DNA of 64,000 bases from Rhynchobatus australiae (Eukaryota). The notes beneath the pieces are model-generated. The model did no database searches and was not told the DNA's origin. It saw only the letters and a program-made list of their open reading frames with translations. A program made the translations under genes and the position numbers. Below are positions 12,481 through 24,713 of this stretch, one piece after another (within the stretch, counting starts at the first letter, position 1; each line of letters starts with the position of its first letter). Location of the stretch: the NCBI GenBank assembly GCA_034780895.1, contig JAUZTB010000071.1, forward strand, positions 18,543,521-18,607,520, given 5' to 3'.

Positions 12481-12720
12481 AAGCGCGCCGGAACTTGTTC
12501 CGAATTCTGTTTAAATTCTTCAAACCCCTGAAAATGTATGTTTGGGGAGAGCATCTACCAACAGGCAGACACTTTTAATAGTTGAGGAAGAGTGATAATA
12601 GACTTGGCTCCAAAAACATGAGCGTGGGAAGTCTGAAAAACTTGGGCTGGTTCTGCCGGCGACATCTCTGCAACCAATAGGCTTCCTGTATCCACCCTTC
12701 TGTTCCTTATAATTAGGGGC
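12481..12720 (+). promoter_or_regulatory. Dlx3 proximal promoter (CCAAT box, TATA-like element, p63-like site)
   Basis: CCAAT at 12674-12678, TATAAT at 12708-12713, p53/p63 half-site GAACTTGTTC at 12491-12500. Mammalian Dlx3 promoters are known to depend on a CCAAT box. Confidence 0.7.
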
Positions 12721-12869
12721 TTAACCACGCTGGGCTCGTTGGGTTACATCAGTTTGCTTTGAGTTTCAATTGCTATAAGGATCTCGTCTCTACGGAGCAG
12801 GGTGATGTGTGTATAGTTTGAGCTTTGCATTTTAAAGATTAAATCGTCTTTTTTGAGTTAAATATTTTG

Positions 12870-13211
12870 ATGACTTTTGTTTATTTGGATTGGGTACCCC
12901 AANNNNNNNTCTTCTTACGGACATCCAGGGTTCGATGGGGTGTCATCCAGCGAAAGATTCTCCAACTCTTCCAGAGTCTACGGCGACAGATGTTGGTTAC
13001 TATAACCCACAGTCCTGTCATCCTCCGCACGACTATTACCCAACTTCAGCCTATTCGCAACCAGTGAACCATTATCCGTACCATCAGTTTAATCTGAACA
13101 ATCTTCCAGGGCCTGGCTCCTATACAGAGAAGCCCGACTATGCTTACAATAACTCGTACCGTCAGTATGGCCATTTCCACAGGGATCATCAAGTATCGGC
13201 GGCTGAGAGAG
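12870..13211 (+). CDS. DLX3: Dlx3 exon 1 (5' end uncertain; frame secure from 12911)
   Basis: Translates [31 protein letters not shown]...HDYY...YHQFNLN...SYRQYG, matching the Dlx3 N-terminus (DLL_N motif SPTLPES). Phase-1 donor G|GTAAGG at 13211/13212. A 7-N gap at 12903-12909 hides the link to the start; the ATG at 12870 is out of frame as assembled. Confidence 0.9.
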
Positions 13212-14741
13212 GTAAGGGCTCGTGAAATTCCCGGTCGGTGTCTGAAGCTAGAAACAGTTTTAGAAGACTGTCAAACAGAATGCTGTTTCCAAACTAATGC
13301 ATTCTCCGGCCGAGTAATGGAGGAGCCCCGTCGGTCGAACGACTGTCGGATTGGCATGCGTCCGAACACACCTTAATTGAGTTGTTAACTAATATATCTA
13401 CAATGACCCGAGCCAGCCGAAACACTGTGCGATGAATGCACTTACTAGAACAGAGTGGCTAATCACTTGAATATACACAGTACAATAGTGCGGTCTCTAG
13501 AGGTGAAGCATTCGATAGCCTGGCGTTATTAATGCACCAAAGCACGGTGGCTACGCAAATGTGCGGTACTTTGTAGAGGGATTCCACTGCAATTCGGTAG
13601 AAGTAACCAGGACGCTCTCGGGGACAGAATACTATGTCGTTAACTGTGTGAAATAGGAAATGATGCGCGTGTTTCACAAGGGCACCGTCCAAGGCAGGGA
13701 AACCGAGTGTTCGATGTTCCGAGTGAAAGCGGAATCCCAGGCGCAAATGTGAAAGTCGCGTCGTGTATTTAGTTGGGACAGTTTTTGTTTTGAAAATGCG
13801 GGTTTTGCAGCGATCAGAAGCTGCAGGAAAGTTCAGAAGTGCTCAGCAGTGTGTGTACTGCAAGTTGCATAAACACGCTGTTTAAAATAGTTACTCCAAA
13901 TTCCTATCGACATACAAAGATTGGTTTTGTTTCTGAACTGAAATGGGACGGCCCCAGATTCTATTTGTAGAGACACTTGAACCCAACCAGCGTGGCGGGG
14001 TCGGGGTTGGGTTAAGGACTATAACCGGATTTCAGCTCCGGGTCTGCACGAACTCCCCTGGCCAAACGCGGCACCAGCAAGCGAGAAAGCCCGGCATCAA
14101 TGCTGCAAACATGCATTGGTGATGATGAGTTCTCTATTTCCCAGCAATTGACGGACCGTTCCAAAGGGGGAAATCGCAGATGAGAACCACAAAATAGTCT
14201 CACGAGTCCGAGTGCTCTCTGTCGTGGGGTTAGTGACCTCGCTGTAGCACTGTGCATTTTCACTCTGTCAGGATGCCTTGCTTAATACCCCATGGGCACA
14301 CTACATGAGTAAATATGTAAAGCCATAAATAAATAAACATGATTATACTCGGTATGCATGAAACAGAACAGGAAACCTATTCAAATTAGACAATACATCT
14401 CTCGCACCTCGCAATAATAATTATCAATGATAATAATTACCGGTTCTCTCCCTCTTTCTGTAATTTGTGCAATGAAAATAAACATTGACCTTCGTAGCTG
14501 TATGAAAATGGCACGGAGTTTTGAGACAGTATGTTTTTGCAATTAGATTAATCATCGTGACATCCTTGTACCCTGAAGGAATCCACCATCAGATTTTAAT
14601 TCTGTATTCTGTTTGATTTATTCTGCATTTACACCGTGAAATGAAATCCCTTGGTAAAGGAGAAATTGTTTGCCGACTGCAGTGTTGTGAAACTTCGGCC
14701 ATTCAGAGAATCTCTGTTGAAGTGTTTGTTTTGTGTTGAAG

Positions 14742-14932
14742 TTTCAGTGAAAGAAGAACCGGACCCCGAAGTGAGGATTGTGAACGGGAAACCCAAAAAG
14801 ATCCGTAAACCGCGAACAATCTACTCTAGCTTCCAGCTGGCTGCTCTGCAGAAACGTTTCCAAAAGGCGCAGTATCTGGCTTTACCTGAGAGAGCGGAGC
14901 TCGCAGCTTCTCTGGGACTTACGCAAACACAG
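14742..14932 (+). CDS. DLX3: Dlx3 exon 2 (N-terminal part of homeodomain)
   Basis: (V)[63 protein letters not shown]. Acceptor ttgaAG at 14740-14741, donor CAG|GTACAC at 14932/14933; 191 nt keeps the frame. Confidence 0.96.
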
Positions 14933-16146
14933 GTACACTCTAATCTCCCGGTATCGGTGCGCCCACTGCTTTAGAATTTCACCCTGTACCCCCAGGCTAA
15001 GGCTTGCCCTGGGAAGATGAAGTTAGTATCAGTGTAGAGTTAGGCTCCACACCCGTTTAGTTGTAGGAAAGGCCTTGTCTTTCTTTTTCACCGGCCGAGA
15101 TAATAGTTTCTCTTAAATGCCTTGAATGTCCTTCTCTGGACGTGTTTCCCAAACATTCCACATAATCTTGCAATGGCACATTACTTGCACTTTCCCGTTG
15201 TTTCTTTTTTTGTAAATTTACTTTGTAGGCTAAATAGAAAATATTTTCCATAAATATTTTACTCCTTGTCACTGAGCCGTTTGTTGTGTATTGACAAATT
15301 TATCCCTTATCATAGGACTATAAAGCTTTACCAAACAAGCACCAATTAAATTAGGATAGTGAAAGGCTACAACGTGGAGTGTGGGGCAACTTCATGACCA
15401 GGGGAATAGAGAACAATATTAATGTGTATTCATATTACTGGATTAATGACACAGTAGGATTCCATAAATATTTACACCCACTGGGNNNNNNNNNNNNNNN
15501 NNNNNNNNNNNNNNNNNNNNNNNNNNNNNNNNNNNNNNNNNNNNNNNNNNNNNNNNNNNNNNNNNNNNNNNNNNNNNNNNNNNNNNNNNNNNNNNNNNNN
15601 NNNNNNNNNNNNNNNNNNNNNNNNNNNNNNNNNNNNNNNNNNNNNNNNNNNNNNNNNNNNNNNNNNNNNNNNNNNNNNNNNNNNNNNNNNNNNNNNNNNN
15701 NNNNNNNNNNNNNNNNNNNNNNNNNNNNNNNNNNNNNNNNNNNNNNNNNNNNNNNNNNNNNNNNNNNNNNNNNNNNNNNNNNNNNNNNNNNNNNNNNNNN
15801 NNNNNNNNNNNNNNNNNNNNNNNNNNNNNNNNNNNNNNNNNNNNNNNNNNNNNNNTTAAAGGGCATCCATGAAGTATAAAGCAACCCAATTCAATATTTT
15901 TTTTTAGTAATTTACAAGTTTTCATCTGTTAAATAGAAAATACTAGGGACTGACCAACAAAATGAAATTAGAGAACTATGGTAAAATAGTTTCTACAATA
16001 ATTGGTCTATGTTTATAATTCCAGCTGATGAATTTATAATGGTACTTTTTGCTAATTATTTACATTTTCTCTTTCATGTTCTCAGTACTTGATTATAATA
16101 TACTTCTTGCCAATTTTAATTATTTTTTTCTTTCCTATCTGTCTAG

Positions 16147-16452
16147 GTGAAAATCTGGTTTCAAAACAGAAGATCCAAATTTAAGAAGTTATATAAAAAT
16201 GGGGAACTCACAATGGAGCACAGTCCCAACAATAGTGACTCAATGGCGTGCAATTCACCTCCCTCTCCAGCTATTTGGGAGAGTCACAGTTCGACTAGGA
16301 ATCCCCTCCAGCATCAGACCCCACATAATTCTTCTCAAAACTACCTGGAAGACTTCAATCACTGGTACCCAACACACCCCTCAGGCTCTCACTTATCAGC
16401 AACAAATTCACTGCACCAGCCCCCGCCTCAGAGTACTGGAGCAGTCTATTAA
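16147..16452 (+). CDS. DLX3: Dlx3 exon 3
   Basis: Polypyrimidine tract and ctAG acceptor, then [20 protein letters not shown]...[20 protein letters not shown]...[18 protein letters not shown] and the terminal GAVY are Dlx3-diagnostic. Confidence 0.97.
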   Translation: MKIWFQNRRSKFKKLYKNGELTMEHSPNNSDSMACNSPPSPAIWESHSSTRNPLQHQTPHNSSQNYLEDFNHWYPTHPSGSHLSATNSLHQPPPQSTGAVY

Positions 16453-19400
16453 AACTTTTATTTTTACTTCAAAACTTTGAACTTTTTGTCTTTTACTGTT
16501 TCGGAAAACAACAACACCAACTTACATGTATCTAGCGCCTTTTAACATTGGGGGTGAAAGCTCTTTAAAGAATGAATTAAATAAAATTCAACACCCACCC
16601 TTCATGAAGACCCAGGGTAGAAATGAATTAGTCATCAGAACAACCAAGTAACTTCAAGAGTCCCCACACCCCCTTCCTTTTGTATGTGTTGAACTACACA
16701 TCAGTTGTAAATAATAACAAAAAAACTGTATATCAGGAAGAAAAATCAGAGTATTTTGTAACTCTGTCAGTTGTCAGGTTGTCACTGCACACTGAACTGA
16801 TAATTGTCCCAATTTCAGTAACAAACAATATTCTGCATTCTTTGCCTATGTTCTATTATGTTATTTAAGGTTTTTTTTTGGTTTATTGGAGTGGTTAAAT
16901 TATTACTGCCTGTATATTATTAGATTAGCAGCCAGTTTGTTTGATGTAGCAGATATAATGTATCCATTGAATTATGTCCAATGCAGTATGATAAAAAAAA
17001 CATGGAACTTACTGTAATATAGAAACTCAATTTGCAATAGACAATATGATGGAGCACAAATTTTCTGACAAATAACAGGAACTGTATTTATGAAATTCTG
17101 TCTGAAATTATCTTTTTTTCTAAAAAATGTACATAAATTTTACACATCAATTGTAGAATAATAATTAAGGAACATCCTTGCGGGTAATTTCCAAGAACAT
17201 GTGTGACACTGGGAGGAATTCCTCAAAAAGATCAACATTTCATTGTAACAATTTGGCTTGTAAAGGACACTCAATAGACATTAACCTCTGTTGTAACTTA
17301 TGGTCTGTTTTGTAATAAAATCTTTTAAATGTTTGTTTGATGATATCCTTGAGAATAATGTTAATAAAACTCATCATTCCATGACTTGTTTTACTTGCCT
17401 TATTTTGGAAAAAAAACTGATTATGCCATGAAATATATTGACAAAAGCAGTTGTAACTTAGTGTAAATAGTTGCGAATAGTTTAAACTGTGACTTGAACT
17501 CCAATNNNNNNNNNNNNNNNNNNNNNNNNNNNNNNNNNNNNNNNNNNNNNNNNNNNNNNNNNNNNNNNNNNNNNNNNNNNNNNNNNNNNNNNNNNNNNNN
17601 NNNNNNNNNNNNNNNNNNNNNNNNNNNNNNNNNNNNNNNNNNNNNNNNNNNNNNNNNNNNNNNNNNNNNNNNNNNNNNNNNNNNNNNNNNNNNNNNNNNN
17701 NNNNNNNNNNNNNNNNNNNNNNNNNNNNNNNNNNNNNNNNNNNNNNNNNNNNNNNNNNNNNNNNNNNNNNNNNNNNNNNNNNNNNNNNNNNNNNNNNNNN
17801 NNNNNNNNNNNNNNNNNNNNNNNNTTGCATTTTATTGGGAGTGCCATTTTTTGGCCAGTGTTTATTTCCATCCTAGTTATAGTAAAGAGCCTGGGGACCC
17901 AAAGTTACACACCTGCATTTCACTGAGGACAAAGGCATTCTCGCTATATAAAAAAAAGTATTCGGATAGTTCGCCGATTTACATTCTAGTCCACTTCCTG
18001 GATCGTGCTTAGATAAAAACACAGCAAGAGCCGAAAAATATAGCATGGAAATAGAGCTAAATGAAAAATATCAGAACTCCGCGAAAGGCCAGCATGTGGA
18101 CAGTAAATAGTTAAAAGTACACCCATCTCCTGCTATTAAAGGCAGTTTGGTTTGAGGGCTGCGTGCAAAAGCTCTATAGGCGACAGCGAGGCAGACATTC
18201 TGGAGACACTGAGTTGTGTGGAGCAGGATTTTATTAGGCACGACTGCCAGAAAAAAAACTGCTCCATCGCCTGGGGTTAATATCGTGCTAGAACTCACAT
18301 ACCAGCAAGTGCATCAAAGCTGTTGCAATTGCCAGGCTGACTGCAACAGGAGCTGCCTGATTTAACCCCATTCTTACCAAACTCAGCCTCTGAATATCAT
18401 ACCGATCCGCATTTACAAGGCAGGGGACCTGTACATCATTTGACAGAAGTGGGTCTNNNNNNNNNNNNNNNNNNNNNNNNNNNNNNNNNNNNNNNNNNNN
18501 NNNNNNNNNNNNNNNNNNNNNNNNNNNNNNNNNNNNNNNNNNNNNNNNNNNNNNNNNNNNNNNNNNNNNNNNNNNNNNNNNNNNNNNNNNNNNNNNNNNT
18601 CAGATGAATGTTTAGGATGGGAATTCATTTCAACCTTCTTCATTTTCCTCAGGTAATAAATTAAGTTTAGAGATCCAAGTAATTAATTCAGAATCGATTC
18701 AGGCTTTGAGATTTAGCAGCATTAACTGTGAACATATTTACACGTCGGACATGACAGCTTTTACATAATTATGATACTTCATCGTTCAGACTCACATAAA
18801 AATCTGGAAATATAATTCATAACCGGAACAATGAATGTAACCGCTTTAATTAACAAGACATTACAAATATTAAAATGTAAAGAAGTGCCCTATACAAGCT
18901 TTCATTGTTGTATTTACACACTTCCATTTGTGTATAAACAGATCCGCGGGTGGTCCATTTTATGAGCTTTCTGGATAAGTTTGTACTGTTTTGCACATCT
19001 ATGCATATAGGTGAGTGGTAACAATTCCCTCCTCGGATTGTGAGTACGCGTGAGGCTTCTTCAGCGTTCAAGCTCACAAGTACGGCGTCCTAACAACAGA
19101 TCGCAGCCTCACGTTTTACATCAACGGGGAGGTTTGTGAGTCGGTTATGTTTCCCCACTTGTGTACATCGTGGTGCTAGCAATAAATAAGTCTGCGTAAT
19201 AGACACGCTACATTAGGAAATACCGTAGGTGGTAATTAAAATGACATAACGGAATCCTAACAACAGTCTCTTCATTGCAGTTGAAAGGAATTTGTATATC
19301 ATCATATTCTGTTTTTATTTATGTTTTCTTCTTCAGTGACTAAGACTGCTGCATCCGAGGTGCACAAAAGGGCGTTATCGTAGATCCTTCCTACCTGCAG

Positions 19401-21361
19401 CTGTCAGACTTTATAACCAGCATCACACCCAAAATCACAATAAGTGTTTACACACCTGCTGCCTGCACAATTATTTGCACTGTCACTATTCATTGCAATT
19501 ACTCAACAATCATTTGCACTACTATTCATTNNNNNNNNNNNNNNNNNNNNNNNNNNNNNNNNNNNNNNNNNNNNNNNNNNNNNNNNNNNNNNNNNNNNNN
19601 NNNNNNNNNNNNNNNNNNNNNNNNNNNNNNNNNNNNNNNNNNNNNNNNNNNNNNNNNNNNNNNNNNNNNNNNNNNNNNNNNNNNNNNNNNNNNNNNNNNN
19701 NNNNNNNNNNNNNNNNNNNNNNNNNNNNNNNNNNNNNNNNNNNNATCCGTCATTATTAAACATGCAGACACGATGTTTGCATTGTTTCATTGTCATTATC
19801 TGTTATTATATCGTTCCACTATTCCAGCAACTACGCTATAGGCTTAGTAATTGGTGATTTACAAATAACTTTCCCATTTGTACATAGATGTTCCTCTAAG
19901 ATATAGAATACATGCGTCGGAATGGTTAAAATAAAAGACGATAATGTTATGATTGTATTGTATCAGTGTCTACTGGACGGCTTCCACTAAAAAAACCTAT
20001 ATATGTATATACTCAGTAATATGTATTGCGGTGTGGATGCACTATGTTGGAACCGGGCGAACGACGCATTGTGGTTGGTTGGTGATACAATCATTCAATT
20101 TGTCCTAAACATGAATACAAGTATCATCTTAGGAAGACTGCAGTGTTAACAAATGTCCAATGTTGTGTCAGATGCATTGTAGTCGCCACAGCAATAGTCG
20201 TACAATAGGCTCCCAATAATCATACAACGAGCCATACTTTTACAAAAGGTAGACGCGAAAATGTTAAACATTTTGAGTTTTTGTTGTGGGAAATCAGTAG
20301 AAAAAAAGACATCAGAAGCCTCCTATGATCCCTTGTACTTCCTCCGAAATGTGGATCGCCCAAAATTAGCCTAAAAGGCCGGCATAGCGGCAAAGATGTG
20401 CAGAGTTTGGCATTCATTCNNNNNNNNNNNNNNNNNNNNNNNNNNNNNNNNNNNCTGAAGAAAAGCTGTGGTGCTGAGCAGGTGTATATCGCCACCAAAT
20501 CGCGAAAAAGCTGTTGTTTTATTAATTCAGTTCAATGTCTCGAAAAAATCTATCGTGATCGTTATTAGCATACCAGACTCGGCGATAAAATTTGCACCTA
20601 AAATTTATGTTTGAAGTACAAGGAAGAGATTATATTTCTGAATGTAAACTTCATCTGATCTTATCCGTACAGGTGAAATGATTACCACAACCTACATACT
20701 TTTATTAGGTATTTTCCGGTGGAATTACTTTACTTTCTTTTTAAAATATTTTTACTTTCCATTTTGCAGTTTAAAGGAATTATGAGGAATAAACAATTCC
20801 CAACCCAATATTCAGAGCAGTTATAACAGAAACGTTGAACTCTAGAAATATTGAAAAAAAAACACTGGTTCCAATTACACACTGGGACGGGTATGTAAAT
20901 ATATAGTACTTGATAGTGCGTTGAAGTTTAACATAATTATACACGGTGTTTAATGGCTGGAACCAATAGCGATGTGTATGAAATGAAAAAAAGGTTTTAA
21001 AAAATCGAAGCCAGCTTTCTGAATGCTGGAATATATTACACACACAGGTAGAGGGAGCAGCGGACTGCAATCATTTAAGATGGTAGAGATAATGCTGTTT
21101 TTAACTGAGGACTCTTCGCAATACAAAGAACAGCTCGTAAAGACTTACGTTAAAACCATGTTTTTAAAACAGCCCGCCCATTAAGAGAAAGAAAGTGAAA
21201 GCGTTGTGCCGGGTAGGGGGAAGTGGCGAAGGTCAAGACGTGAAGGTGGTGGTGGTAGGTGGGGGTGAGTTGGTGGTGAAGTAGGGGTTATAATTAGAAA
21301 TTGGTGAAAGCTCCAATTTCAATTATTCACGAGCCTTCGTGTCTTCGGATGCTACTTATAG

Positions 21362-21397
21362 CACACACACAAACACACACACACACACACACACACA
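21362..21397. repeat. (CA)n microsatellite
   Basis: Seen directly, one interruption. Confidence 0.95.
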
Positions 21398-24300
21398 ATG
21401 AATCTTCGTACCACGGGATGTGAAACGGAATGAGCAGAGTATCGAATTTCGGTGCTTATGTTAAACAGAAAATACATGGCACATCACAGCGCGATGAAAT
21501 CATGACATGGCATTTAGAATGTAGGAATTATCCTCAACACAATCTTTCAAGTGTAACTCATTGCAGACTGATAGACATGTGTTGCATTCAACTATATCCA
21601 TAAAACAAGGATGGGTTTTCTCGTAGTCCCGCATTGTGCCTTAAAGAAAAGAAAACACTCAGCATCTCGTACATTATGGCAGGAAACTGTGCAAAGCAGC
21701 CCGCTGCTACCCATGCAGGGTTAAAACGAATGCCCTTCCAGCAATTCTTGTCAGATGAAATACTGTACCATTCGAACCGGGAGCTGCAACCTTTTGCTCG
21801 GTTCAACCCGAAAACGAGCCCGAAACCGGGGATGCGGATTATAATTTTATTCACAACATTTAAAGACCCTGACCGTTAGACATCAAAGCGAACAGCAGAA
21901 TTTCATTTACATTTTAGGAGCCCAATCTGACCTCAAAAAACATTTTTTAACGATTACAATGGAAAGTATTTCAAGTATGTCCAAGGCAAGTTCCCTCACC
22001 TCACCTTAAAGGGCCACTTTCCCAACCTCTCACCATGTATACAGGCTAATAAAAAAGAAAATAAAACGCAACTGATCTCGACTGCTCGCTCTGGACATGC
22101 GGCATCCTTTCCGGGATTTACTGGAGAATGTGTCCCTGAGGCTCATAATCATAAAAAAAATAATCCGAACTGTAATTATATCAGTACGATTTGTATTCAT
22201 CAAACAGCCCCAAGTTCGTCAAAGAGAAGAGTAAATAATGAATTCAGTTCTCTGGAGTTCCTAAACCTTTCCAGTAATTATGCTGTTTGGAAGACTATAC
22301 GTAGGCTGTCCAGATTGGACTGCTATTATTATAATCTCAAGCTTTAAAATTACCTATAATTTGCAAAGATGAGCAATTTCTCTATTCAACACATTTTATC
22401 CCATCTCTCGATGAGTAAACATGGCCAGTAATAAAGGCTAATTGAGCTGAGAATATAAAGAGGACGCTGATAGCAGAATTAATTCACACTTGGAGCTTTA
22501 ACCAGAGCTAGCTGCACCGCCGTTGTTAGCTCCATTCCCTACACTTTTACTGAATGTATTTCAGGGAGAGGGGGGGAGAGCTGACAAATTGTCATTCTGT
22601 CCAGGCTTCAAAATAATTTCTGTGTAAATACCAGCCAGAGCAGGTAAGCCAAACCCTTCGCTTATCCTTCTCGTATGCTCTGAAACAGATATTTTCTCGA
22701 CTAGAGTTAAGAGATATAATTATCCTATGTATTCAGTGCATTGGTTAATGAGAGGGAGAAACGCGGGGATGTCCAGCAATATTGCAAATCAACATGTTAA
22801 GTTTCGGTTTGTGAGTAGAATGTGTGTTCTGCTCACCCCTGTGGTAGTATGTGGTATGTTTTTCTTTGCCTCGAAGGCATTCTTAACGTTTGGCAACCTG
22901 ATTCGGCTTGTGATCTTTGTTAATCCCACAACTTTTCTGCATCGATGGTCGATCCGTTAGGGCGCGCCTGGGATAGTTTTCTGAAAACTACGGACAGGAA
23001 TACGGACTAATTGTTCAAATCCCATAACCGCAGTCCGCTGGGGTCAATGGGGGTGGGGGGGGAACTAATGAGCTGCCTTGATTAGATCATTCAAAATGCA
23101 TGTATTTTTTTTAAGAAATGTCTACACCCAGTTATGGTTTCCTGGTGTACTCTGTTCCCCTAATACCCCCAAAGGTATACCGAGTACATAGCATTATTTG
23201 TCCCCTCTTATCAGGCAGGTTTGTTGATACATTATTTGCTGATTATTCAAGTGCATGAAAATTACTTACAGGCCTGATGCTGTAAATGCGGAGACTGAAC
23301 TGAACTCAATAGGCAGGTCATCTGAAAATATGCAAACGTTTAAGAGGGGAACTCTTAAGGCTAAAGTATTTTGAGATCAAATGTGTCATAATAGAGGGTA
23401 TTTCAGGTGGCCTTTTAAATACAACGGTGTAAAGAGATCTATCTTTAAAATAAAACTTTTTTTTTCGAAACTAGACAGGAATGGTTAAGTAACAAATTTC
23501 TCTTGGGATCATCGCTCGCTTTCTTTCTCAACAATCATTTCAGATCTACTGGCACATTTTTTTTCTTTCTGCCATTTACTGGGGGATGAGAGGGTGAGGG
23601 AGACATCGGAGAGGGTTGGAGGCGGAGGGCCAGGAAGAGGCATCTTGTATTTTTTTCCTCTCCAAAAGAAAACGTTATGGAATGTGAGGAGTTAACATTT
23701 CAGTGCAATATTCAGCCGTTTTCTATTCAGTTCTCGACACTAGGTTGTCTGTAGGTACAGTAGCTGCCTATTACCAGGAAACAGACAAATGTATATCCCG
23801 TTCAGTAATACATATAGAATGTTNNNNNNNNNNNNNNNNNNNNNNNNNNNNNNNNNNNNNNNNNNNNNNNNNNNNNNNNNNNNNNNNNNNNNNNNNNNNN
23901 NNNNNNNNNNNNNNNNNNNNNNNNNNNNNNNNNNNNNNNNNNNNNNNNNNNNNNNNNNNNNNNNNNNNNNNNNNNNNNNNNNNNNNNNNNNNNNNNNNNN
24001 NNNNNNNNNNNNNNNNNNNNNNNNNNNNNNNNNNNNNNNNNNNNNNNNNNNNNNNNNNNNNNNNNNNNNNNNNNNNNNNNNNNNNNNNNNNNNNNNNNNN
24101 NNNNNNNNNNNNNNNNNNNNNNNNNNNNNNNNNNNNNNNNNNNNNNNNNNNNNNNNNNNNNNNNNNNNNNNNNNNNNNNNNNNNNNNNNCACGGTTTCCA
24201 GTGCAGATGTTATGGGGGGAGGCTTGACATGGGAGCTTTTATGCATTAAAATCTGTAAATACCACTATCTTGTCTTGTAGACTGACTTTGACAAAAAATT

Positions 24301-24682
24301 GGGAGAGCTAACCGTGGATTTCAATACGTGTTGTAGTTTGCGAGGCATGACAGGTAGAGATCAGAGACACGTGGTAAGTAATACATTTCTTAATTGGGAA
24401 TGTTAGACACAGGTGTATCTGTCAGACCTTTGAACAAGGAATATAGATTTATCCGCTTTCAGGTTTAAAAAAAACGTCGACCATATTTTTCCATGCCTAA
24501 AGGCTTAAAGGCCGTTAGTTCCGACTGACAATCAGTACATATTATTACTTAATCAATCACTTTTGGCACAGCGGATTTATGTTTACTTGGCTAACCACAG
24601 GCTTACTGTAGCGGATTCTTAGTATTCATTAATATTCAGTAAAGAAACGCATATAGAAATGATGGCATATGTTTAGTGGCAT

Positions 24683-24713
24683 GTGGTGGTGGTGGTGGTG
24701 GTGGTGGTGGTGG
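24683..24713. repeat. (GGT)n microsatellite
   Basis: Seen directly. Confidence 0.95.

Noticed and set aside
12870-12910. Frameshift or pseudogenisation of Dlx3
   Set aside because: The apparent frame break coincides with an N gap; the rest of the gene is intact.
12870-16452. Calling the pair Dlx5-Dlx6 or Dlx2-Dlx1
   Set aside because: The + gene has Dlx3-specific [22 protein letters not shown] and GAVY; the - gene has KRSKYKK.
19260-20770. Several polypyrimidine-AG acceptor-like sites (19280, 19336, 20769)
   Set aside because: Expected by chance in AT-rich DNA; no ORF or clearly paired donor.
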